In this document: piece after piece, positions 56,860 to 64,000 of the stretch
Layout: each line of letters starts with the position of its first letter
Numbering within the stretch: position 1 is the first letter of the stretch
Assembly (NCBI GenBank): GCA_002345965.1
Contig: DDTF01000017.1
Span: 106,453-170,452 of the forward strand
Direction: 5' to 3'
DNA from: Flammeovirgaceae bacterium UBA2371
Lineage (GTDB): Bacteria; Bacteroidota; Bacteroidia; Cytophagales; Cyclobacteriaceae
DNA: 64,000 nucleotides
The notes under the pieces: generated by a model
Seen by the model: only the letters and a program-made list of their open reading frames with translations
Databases searched by the model: none
Told to the model about the DNA's origin: nothing
Position numbers and translations under genes: made by a program

Positions 56860-57435
56860 TCAATTGTCGTTCATTAGATCATCATAAAATTGCTGAAGCC
56901 GCTTGCGCAAACTCAGTATGGCATATCGTTTCCGCGACAGTAGGGTGTTGATAGAAACACCTTCCTCTTCCGCCAACTCCCGAAAACTGCGCTCTTCAAT
57001 TTCATTTTGAATAAATACCTCCCGTTGCGCTTTCGGCAACTCATCCAGGGCATCCGTGATCTCATCCCATATGGCCTCTTTCAGCAACATTGATTCAGGA
57101 GAATTGTCCAGATCAGGTAAAATTTCTTGCAGTGTCAGCGGTCCATCTTCATTAAAACCGCTTGAATGTGAAAAGTCAGTCCGTTTTGGCCTGGAGGCAT
57201 CACGTCTGTATCGATCAATAATTTTATTACGGGCAACTGCGTAAAGCCAGGAGGTTACGCGATCCAAAGAATCAATGGTGTCAAATCCAGCCACAAACTG
57301 GTAAAACACATCCTGAAGGATATCCTCCGCCTCTTCCACTGTAGACACCCTGCCCCGGATAAACCCTAACAGTTTGTCTTTCTCCTTCAGAAATGTGTTT
57401 TGCTTCAGTTCTTGCATGGTCAACTCCATCGCCAT
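56860..57435 (-). CDS. ECF-type RNA polymerase sigma-70 factor
   Basis: 191 aa. Region 2 is EDILQDVFYQFV...WLYAVARNKIIDRYRR. Region 4 is SFRELAEEEGVSINTLLSRKRYAILSLRKRL. Confidence 0.88.
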   Translation of the reverse strand: MAMELTMQELKQNTFLKEKDKLLGFIRGRVSTVEEAEDILQDVFYQFVAGFDTIDSLDRVTSWLYAVARNKIIDRYRRDASRPKRTDFSHSSGFNEDGPLTLQEILPDLDNSPESMLLKEAIWDEITDALDELPKAQREVFIQNEIEERSFRELAEEEGVSINTLLSRKRYAILSLRKRLQQFYDDLMNDN

Positions 57436-57547
57436 AATCTCCTTGTTGCGTTCGCTTCAAGTGGATAGTCGGGATGAGGGATCAATTTATTTTAAATTGG
57501 ATTAGTTTTGGTAAGTCATCCCCTCATGTTTTGTCATATTTGCCCAA

Positions 57548-58369
57548 ATGCATTCAGGATATTACCTATTTGAACATCAAAATATAGTTCTGGGTTATTT
57601 AAAAGCCGGCTCTGGACCAACTCCCTTACTCTCTTTTCATGGGTTTGGTCAGAATCATCAAGCTTTCGATTCCCTGGTGGATGAATTAGGTACCCAGTTT
57701 ACGCTTTATTCATTTGATCTTTTTTTTCACGGTAAAAGTGAGTGGCCCAATGGTGAAACCCCAATCTCCAAAGCAGAATGGAAAGCATTGCTTGAGCGCT
57801 TTCTGAAGGAGAATCAAATCGACAGATTTAGCCTGATGGGTTTCAGTCTGGGAGGCAAATTTGCCCTGGCGAGTCTGGAAGCATTTGCTTCTAAAATAAT
57901 AGCCATTTATCTGATGGCCCCGGACGGCATCAAAACCAATTTTTGGTACAGCCTTGCCACCTACCCGGTTGCATTCAGGAGCCTTTTCAAAAGTATGATC
58001 ACAAAACCAGGCCGATTTCTGTCAATCGTTCATTTTGCAGGTGCTCTTCGACTTATTGACAAAGGGGTAATGCGCTTTGCACAGTCTCAAATGGATTCTG
58101 AAGAAAAAAGAAAGAGGGTTTACTATTCATGGGTAGTATTCAGGCGGTTTAAATTTGATATGCACCACATTGCCGACATAATCAACAGTCATCAGATAGA
58201 ACTACACATTATAATAGGCCGATTTGACAAAATAATCACGGCTAAAAACATGAACCATTTACTGAGGCACGTACAGGGTCATCAGTTAAAAATACTTGAA
58301 ACAGGACACAACGGATTGATCCAAAGATCGGGTGAACTATTTAGAAATATAGCCTCAAAAAATCATTAA
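57548..58369 (+). CDS. alpha/beta-fold hydrolase
   Basis: 273 aa. Has LLSFHGFGQN and the nucleophile elbow MGFSLGG. Confidence 0.75.
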   Translation: MHSGYYLFEHQNIVLGYLKAGSGPTPLLSFHGFGQNHQAFDSLVDELGTQFTLYSFDLFFHGKSEWPNGETPISKAEWKALLERFLKENQIDRFSLMGFSLGGKFALASLEAFASKIIAIYLMAPDGIKTNFWYSLATYPVAFRSLFKSMITKPGRFLSIVHFAGALRLIDKGVMRFAQSQMDSEEKRKRVYYSWVVFRRFKFDMHHIADIINSHQIELHIIIGRFDKIITAKNMNHLLRHVQGHQLKILETGHNGLIQRSGELFRNIASKNH

Positions 58370-58416
58370 AAATCCTGTAATCCTAGTACTTTTACGCCTT
58401 CAATATACGCCATCAA

Positions 58417-61400
58417 ATGATCCTATTTTTCCGTAAGCCATCCGCAACTATTTATGCGGTACAGGCTGCTCATTCCCTTGCAGCATCTGATATTCAAAAA
58501 CTTACATGGCTCTTTAGTGGAGCCATTTTCGATACTAACCAGTCCCTCTCAGGCTCCTTCATTGGTCCACGAAAGGAAATGGTTAGTCCCTGGAGCACCA
58601 ATGCCGTAGAGATCACCCAGATCATGGGCATTAAAGGCATTATCAGAATTGAAGAGTTTGTTGCCGCCAACGAAAAGAATACTGATCATGACCCCATGCT
58701 GCAACGCGTTTATCCGGAACTAACTCAGGATATTTTTACTATTAATCATCAGCCGGATCCCATTGTGGAAGTGGATGACCTGGCGAGCTATAGCCTTAAG
58801 GAAGGATTGGCATTGAATGACGAAGAGATTGACTACTTGAATGGCGTGGCGCGGGAATTGGGCAGAAAACTTACAGACAGTGAAGTCTTTGGTTTTTCAC
58901 AGGTCAATTCTGAGCACTGCAGGCACAAGATCTTTAACGGTACCTTTATTATTGATGGAAAAGAGATGCCTTCCACGCTTTTTCAACTTATCAAGAAGAC
59001 ATCAAAAGAAAATCCCAATTACATTGTATCTGCCTACAGCGACAATGTTGCTTTTATAAAAGGACCAAAAATTGAGCAGTTTGCACCGGGCCGACAGGAC
59101 ATACCCGACTACTTTAAAATAGAGGAAATTGACTCGGTGATTTCACTAAAAGCGGAAACGCATAATTTCCCTACAACCGTTGAGCCTTTCAACGGTGCCG
59201 CTACCGGCTCTGGTGGAGAAATCAGGGATCGTTTAGCTGGTGGTAAAGGATCGCTGCCATTGGCAGGTACAGCTGTTTACATCACCTCTTATCCGCGTCT
59301 GGAAAACGGCAGATCGTGGGAGAAGAAATTTGAGGCCAGACCCTGGTTGTATCAATCCCCTGCTCAAATTCTCATCAAAGCATCAGATGGTGCAAGCGAT
59401 TTCGGTAACAAGTTTGGACAACCATTGATTGGTGGAAGCGTGCTGACTTTTGAACATTTTGAAAACGGGAAAAAACTGGGTTTTGATAAAGTTATCATGT
59501 TGGCCGGAGGCGTAGGCTTTGGAAAAGAGAAAGACAGCAAAAAAGAAAAACTAAAAGCCGGAGATAAAATTATCATGATGGGTGGTGATAATTACCGGAT
59601 TGGTATGGGTGGTGGTGCCGTATCCTCTGTAGCCACTGGGGAATTTGGAAATGCCATCGAACTCAATGCCATCCAGCGCTCTAATCCTGAAATGCAAAAG
59701 CGGGTGATGAATGCGATCAGAGCAATGGTAGAGATGAAAGACAATCCGATCGTATCCATTCACGATCACGGTGCCGGAGGCCATCTCAATTGCTTTTCAG
59801 AATTACTGGAAGATACAGGAGGCACCATCGAAATTGATCAATTACCTGTGGGAGACCCTACACTTTCTGATAAGGAAATTATTAGCAACGAGTCGCAGGA
59901 GCGGATGGGAATTGCTATTAGCGAAAAAGATGTGGAGACACTGCGTCTGGTAGCTGACAGAGAACGGGCGCCACTTTATGTAGTGGGCACTGCCACCGGA
60001 GATCAGGAGTTAAAATTTGTTGATAACAAGAAAAACACGTTGCCCTTTGATCTGAAGGTGAGCCATTTGTTTGGATCCTCACCAAAAACTATACTTCAGG
60101 ACAGCACCTCACCGGTCAGTTACCAGCCCGTGTCTTACGATGAAACAAAATTCACCGAATACCTTGATGCGGTACTTCAACTAGAAAGTGTGGCATGCAA
60201 GGATTGGCTTACCAATAAAGTAGACCGATGCGTGACGGGTAGAGTGGCCACGCAACAAACCTGTGGTTCCATACAATTGCCATTGAACAATGTTTCTGTC
60301 ATGGCTTTGGATTTTCTTAGTAACAAGGGAGTAGCTACGGGTATAGGACATGCTCCAGCAGCAACGCTTATTGACCCGGCCGCAGGAAGTCAATTGGCCA
60401 TCGCTGAATCATTGACCAACATAATCTGGACACCGTTGACAAATGGCCTCAAAGGCATTTCACTAAGTGCCAATTGGATGTGGCCAGCCAAAAACAAAGG
60501 TGAAGATGCGCGACTCTATCAGGCGGTAGCTTCAGTAAGTACATTCTCTGTGGCATTGGGTATTAATGTTCCCACAGGAAAAGATTCTCTTTCCATGACC
60601 CAGAAGTATCCTGACGGTGACGTAGTGTATTCTCCGGGTACAGTAATTATTTCAGCGGTTGCTGAGGTGGAAGACCTGCGAAAAACTGTATCTCCTGCAT
60701 TGGACAACACAGTAGGCACCAAAATTTTGTACGTTGATTTTTCTAAAAGTCAACTTGCATTAGGTGGAAGCAGCTTTGCACAGATAGTTAATCAATTGGG
60801 TGATCAGGTACCATCGGTTGCTGATCCCAGCTACTTTGCAAAAGCATTTGAAGCTGTCCAACTATTAATTAAAAAAGAACTCATTTTGGCAGGGCACGAT
60901 ATCTCCGCAGGGGGTATGATCACTGCACTTTTGGAAATGTGTTTCCCTACCCCGGGGGTCGGCCTGAATGTGAACACACTTGTGCTTGGTGACGATCTTA
61001 TCAAAGTTTTGTTTAATGAAAATCCAGGTCTTCTGTTGCAGGTAGATAGCAGTGGGAAAGCTGAAGCTGAAATGAAGCAGCTGGGTATTGCATTTGTTGA
61101 GATTGCATCCGTCACTGACAAACGCTTTTTATCCATTGCCACCAAAGCACAAGCCATTCAGTTAAAAATAGATGATTTACGTAATACGTGGTACAAGACA
61201 TCTTACCTCATGGATAAGATGCAACGCCCAGCTGCGCATGCAGAACAAAGAAAAAACAATTACGCCAGGCAGGAATTGACTTACCAGCTACAGCCTCGCT
61301 TTGATGGGCAGTTTTCCACCTACGGCATCGACCCCAAAAGGAGAAAGCCAAGTGGTACTAAAGCTGCCATCATCAGAGAAAAGGGAGTAAATGGTGATCG

Positions 61401-62112
61401 GGAGATGGCGTACTCGCTGTATCTCGCAGGCTTCGATGTGAAAGATGTTCATATGACTGATCTGGTCTCAGGAAGAGAAGATTTATCGGATGTAAACATG
61501 ATTGCCTTCGTTGGTGGGTTCTCCAATTCGGATGTATTGGGATCAGCCAAAGGTTGGGCAGGTGCATTTCTTTACAATCCGAAGGCAAAAGCAGCGCTCG
61601 ATAATTTCTATGCCCGCAAAGACACACTCAGTCTGGGGGTTTGTAATGGCTGCCAGTTGATGATGGAGTTGGGATTGGTTTACCCAGAATGGAAAGATCA
61701 TCCCAAGATGCATCACAATGGATCGGGTAAATACGAATCCAACTTTATCAATATCACTATTCCTAAAACCAATTCAGTGATGCTGCACACATTTGAGGGC
61801 GCAAGGTTGGGCGTTTGGGTCGCGCATGGCGAAGGCAGATTCAAATTACCTTCTGATAAATCCAAATTTCAGGTTGCTGGTTTCTATTCTCATCAAGAGT
61901 ACCCTGGCAATCCTAACGATTCTGATTTTGCCGTGGCCGCGTTGACATCAAACGATGGAAGGCATTTGGCCATCATGCCGCACCTGGAGAGGTCATTGTT
62001 CCCTTGGAATTGGGCCTATTATGCAAAGGGAAGAAAATCCGATCAGGTTTCGCCCTGGATTGAGGCTTTTACTAATGCTTTGGATTGGGTAAAAGAGCGC
62101 AATAAGCGATAG
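58417..62112 (+). CDS. purL: phosphoribosylformylglycinamidine synthase, single-chain large type
   Basis: 1231 aa. Has SEHCRHKIFN, AETHNFPTTVEPFNGAATG, HDHGAGGHLN and a C-terminal glutaminase domain with GVCNGCQLM. Confidence 0.95.
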   Translation: MILFFRKPSATIYAVQAAHSLAASDIQKLTWLFSGAIFDTNQSLSGSFIGPRKEMVSPWSTNAVEITQIMGIKGIIRIEEFVAANEKNTDHDPMLQRVYPELTQDIFTINHQPDPIVEVDDLASYSLKEGLALNDEEIDYLNGVARELGRKLTDSEVFGFSQVNSEHCRHKIFNGTFIIDGKEMPSTLFQLIKKTSKENPNYIVSAYSDNVAFIKGPKIEQFAPGRQDIPDYFKIEEIDSVISLKAETHNFPTTVEPFNGAATGSGGEIRDRLAGGKGSLPLAGTAVYITSYPRLENGRSWEKKFEARPWLYQSPAQILIKASDGASDFGNKFGQPLIGGSVLTFEHFENGKKLGFDKVIMLAGGVGFGKEKDSKKEKLKAGDKIIMMGGDNYRIGMGGGAVSSVATGEFGNAIELNAIQRSNPEMQKRVMNAIRAMVEMKDNPIVSIHDHGAGGHLNCFSELLEDTGGTIEIDQLPVGDPTLSDKEIISNESQERMGIAISEKDVETLRLVADRERAPLYVVGTATGDQELKFVDNKKNTLPFDLKVSHLFGSSPKTILQDSTSPVSYQPVSYDETKFTEYLDAVLQLESVACKDWLTNKVDRCVTGRVATQQTCGSIQLPLNNVSVMALDFLSNKGVATGIGHAPAATLIDPAAGSQLAIAESLTNIIWTPLTNGLKGISLSANWMWPAKNKGEDARLYQAVASVSTFSVALGINVPTGKDSLSMTQKYPDGDVVYSPGTVIISAVAEVEDLRKTVSPALDNTVGTKILYVDFSKSQLALGGSSFAQIVNQLGDQVPSVADPSYFAKAFEAVQLLIKKELILAGHDISAGGMITALLEMCFPTPGVGLNVNTLVLGDDLIKVLFNENPGLLLQVDSSGKAEAEMKQLGIAFVEIASVTDKRFLSIATKAQAIQLKIDDLRNTWYKTSYLMDKMQRPAAHAEQRKNNYARQELTYQLQPRFDGQFSTYGIDPKRRKPSGTKAAIIREKGVNGDREMAYSLYLAGFDVKDVHMTDLVSGREDLSDVNMIAFVGGFSNSDVLGSAKGWAGAFLYNPKAKAALDNFYARKDTLSLGVCNGCQLMMELGLVYPEWKDHPKMHHNGSGKYESNFINITIPKTNSVMLHTFEGARLGVWVAHGEGRFKLPSDKSKFQVAGFYSHQEYPGNPNDSDFAVAALTSNDGRHLAIMPHLERSLFPWNWAYYAKGRKSDQVSPWIEAFTNALDWVKERNKR

Positions 62113-62197
62113 CTGGTGAATTTGTCGCCAGCCCGTCTTGTATGATCAAGCGATTTATGGTAACTTTTGATATATTTTTCAAAATTACCATTGGGCT

Positions 62198-62773
62198 ATG
62201 AAGTTTAATTATCTCCTTATAGTTATCGTGGCGTTGATGTCCTCCTGTCTGGGGTATAAGGAACTGCCTGTAGAATACGATTACAGCTATGCTGGTACTT
62301 TCAAAAAGTACAGAACCTTTGACATAATGCGACCTGTTGGGATTTCAGATTCTTCAATGACCAATAGTTTGATCGAAAAATCGATCCTTTCCCGCATGAA
62401 GTTTTTGGGTTACAAACAAACGGACCGAAGACCTCATCTCATCGTTGGCTTCAAAATGTTTACCGATAGTCTCAATTTTAATGGTTATAATCAGCCAGAC
62501 ATTGAAGAATGGGTAAAAGGGCAAGATCAGACTTTGAACTACGATCCGCTTAAGTACAACATGAAATCCGGTACACTTTTAATACAACTTTTTGACAGGC
62601 GACAAAATCGCTCCATTTGGCAGGGATATGCCACTACCCTCTATGGTGGAATAGATTTTCAGAATCAAAGACATCTGAAAAATGCGGTGATTTCAATTCT
62701 GGATAAATACCGTTTTTGGGCTGATGGCTTTGTAGAAGGTCGTACTGTAAATACCGAAAGTGAATTAGACTAG
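62198..62773 (+). CDS. DUF4136-like lipoprotein
   Basis: 191 aa. Lipobox-like VALMSSC. The size and composition resemble DUF4136. This is a family-level guess. Confidence 0.5.
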   Translation: MKFNYLLIVIVALMSSCLGYKELPVEYDYSYAGTFKKYRTFDIMRPVGISDSSMTNSLIEKSILSRMKFLGYKQTDRRPHLIVGFKMFTDSLNFNGYNQPDIEEWVKGQDQTLNYDPLKYNMKSGTLLIQLFDRRQNRSIWQGYATTLYGGIDFQNQRHLKNAVISILDKYRFWADGFVEGRTVNTESELD

Positions 62774-62846
62774 GATCCAACCTAAAAAATGGCTTTATCA
62801 TTGTAAAATGATTTAAAAGCGAGTTTTACCTTTTTAAAAAAAGTTC

Positions 62847-62854
62847 TACCTTTG
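62847..62854 (+). promoter_or_regulatory. Bacteroidota-type -7 promoter box TACCTTTG for tRNA-Gln
   Basis: Exact TAnnTTTG match 22 nt upstream of the mature tRNA 5' end. A near-copy TACCTTTT lies 20 nt further upstream. Confidence 0.4.
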
Positions 62855-62875
62855 CCCACCCAAAATGGGAGCTAA

Positions 62876-62948
62876 TGCCCGATGGTGTAACTGGCAACAC
62901 GCCTGATTTTGATTCAGGAAAGTCTAGGTTCGAGCCCTAGTCGGGCAA
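62876..62948 (+). tRNA. tRNA-Gln (anticodon UUG), CCA not encoded
   Basis: Hand-folded. Acceptor TGCCCGA/TCGGGCA (U1-A72 as in bacterial tRNA-Gln), D arm GTGT/ACAC, anticodon arm CCTGA-TTTTGAT-TCAGG, T arm CTAGG-TTCGAGC-CCTAG. Confidence 0.9.
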
Positions 62949-62952
62949 CAAT

Positions 62953-62980
62953 ATCCCGGTTCCTTTTAAAGGACCGGGAT
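62953..62980 (+). terminator. hairpin downstream of tRNA-Gln
   Basis: ATCCCGGT(T)CC pairs with GGACCGGGAT around the loop TTTTAAA. The downstream T-tract is weak (TAACTTTTA). Confidence 0.45.
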
Positions 62981-63003
62981 TAACTTTTATTAAAGGTTCA
63001 AAA

Positions 63004-63933
63004 ATGGCTGTAAAGATTTTTTCCGGACAAGCTTCCACTTACCTGGCTGAAAAAATAGCACATGCCTATGGGGAACCCCTTGGTGAAGTAAAATACCAAC
63101 AATTCAGCGATGGGGAGATGTCTCCCTTCATTATGGAGTCCGTTCGCGGCCATGATGTATTTATCGTTCAATCCACCTTTGCCCCTGCTGACAACTTTAT
63201 GGAGCTGCTGCTCATGATTGATGCAGCCAAGCGTGCCAGTGCCGAAAATGTCAACGTCATTATTCCTTATTTTGGGTATGCACGCCAGGACAGAAAGGAC
63301 AAACCACGTGTTTCCATTGCTGCCAAACTAATTGCCAACCTGCTTTCAGCAGCCGGAGCCAGTCGTGTGATGACTTTCGACCTGCATGCTGATCAGATTC
63401 AAGGCTTTTTTGATATTCCGGTAGATCACCTGGACGGTAATTACATCTTTGTGCCTTATCTCAAGTCGCTTGGATTAAAAAATATAATGTTCGCTTCTCC
63501 AGATGTTGGCGGAATCAAAAGAGCGCGTAGTTTCGCCAAATTCTTTGATGCTGAGCTGGCAGTATGCGACAAGTATCGCAAGGAGGCCAACAAAGTGGAG
63601 TCCATGCGCCTGATAGGAGAAGTGGAAGGCAAAGACGTGGTATTGGTGGATGACTTGGTGGATACAGCCGGAACCATTTGTAAGGCTGCTGCCTTGTTGA
63701 AAGAAAAAGGAGCCCGTTCTGTTCGTGCTGTATGTACTCACCCTGTGCTTTCCGGTGGTGCTTACGAAACCATTGAAAACTCAGTGCTGGATGAGATCGC
63801 AGTAACAGATACCATTCCATTGAAAAAGAATTCTAAAAAGATTAAAGTACTTACCGTTTCTGATTTGTTTGCCAAAGCCATCAGAAAGATTCATGATCAT
63901 GAATCCGTAAGTTCTTTATTCATCCGATTGTAA
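63004..63933 (+). CDS. prs: ribose-phosphate pyrophosphokinase
   Basis: 309 aa. Has YFGYARQDRK, DLHADQIQGFFDIPVD and VLVDDLVDTAGT (PRPP loop). Confidence 0.95.
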   Translation: MAVKIFSGQASTYLAEKIAHAYGEPLGEVKYQQFSDGEMSPFIMESVRGHDVFIVQSTFAPADNFMELLLMIDAAKRASAENVNVIIPYFGYARQDRKDKPRVSIAAKLIANLLSAAGASRVMTFDLHADQIQGFFDIPVDHLDGNYIFVPYLKSLGLKNIMFASPDVGGIKRARSFAKFFDAELAVCDKYRKEANKVESMRLIGEVEGKDVVLVDDLVDTAGTICKAAALLKEKGARSVRAVCTHPVLSGGAYETIENSVLDEIAVTDTIPLKKNSKKIKVLTVSDLFAKAIRKIHDHESVSSLFIRL

Positions 63934-63960
63934 CAACTTAACTTTAAACAATAATTAATT

Positions 63961-64000
63961 ATGAAAACCATCGAGATTATAGGGTATAAAAGAGCAAATC
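63961..64000 (+). CDS. rplY: 50S ribosomal protein L25/Ctc, first 13 codons only (runs off the right edge)
   Basis: My translation MKTIEIIGYKRAN resembles Bacteroidota L25 N-termini, and the prs-rplY order is common. Very short fragment. Confidence 0.45.
   Translation, partial: MKTIEIIGYKRAN

Overview
This 64-kb window is densely coding and reads like core chromosome of a Bacteroidota (Cytophagia/Flavobacteriia-type) bacterium. That taxon is an inference from family content: an IPExxxVDY protein beside pyk, an ~800-aa double-FtsX permease, DUF4136- and DUF2807-like proteins, a single-chain 1231-aa PurL, and TAnnTTTG -7 boxes. I call about 60 CDS (two partial at the window edges, one unannotated 34-codon micro-ORF), two tRNAs (Ser-GGA, Gln-UUG), several intrinsic terminators and two promoter boxes. 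Housekeeping genes are ald, amn, exbB-exbD-exbD, ansA, ruvC, wecB, miaA, pyk, acpP-fabF-rnc, nadE, lgt, purL and prs-rplY. There are five functional blocks. (i) A tightly packed minus-strand operon at 12654->6745: QxxRW-type GT2, GAF-like/PP2C phosphatase, NodB deacetylase, GT-B glycosyltransferase, TatD, asparaginase. (ii) A small polysaccharide block at 13251-18898: wecB, methyltransferase-like protein, GT, Wzx-like flippase, GT4. (iii) A run of outer-membrane genes at 31075-37166. (iv) A hydroxyproline catabolic cluster with a divergent AraC regulator at 41695-48472. (v) ECF sigma, small membrane protein, TetR and a TolC-MFP-RND efflux operon at 57435->49787. I saw no rRNA, CRISPR array, transposase, integrase, phage gene or recognisable defence gene, and no long repeats by eye. 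I do not see a clear-cut new system. The best lead is a translationally coupled pair of predicted outer-membrane barrels at 33184-36190, one carrying a ComEA-type helix-hairpin-helix DNA-binding domain, followed by a micro-ORF and a hairpin. All family calls come from motif recognition in the translations. No database search was run.
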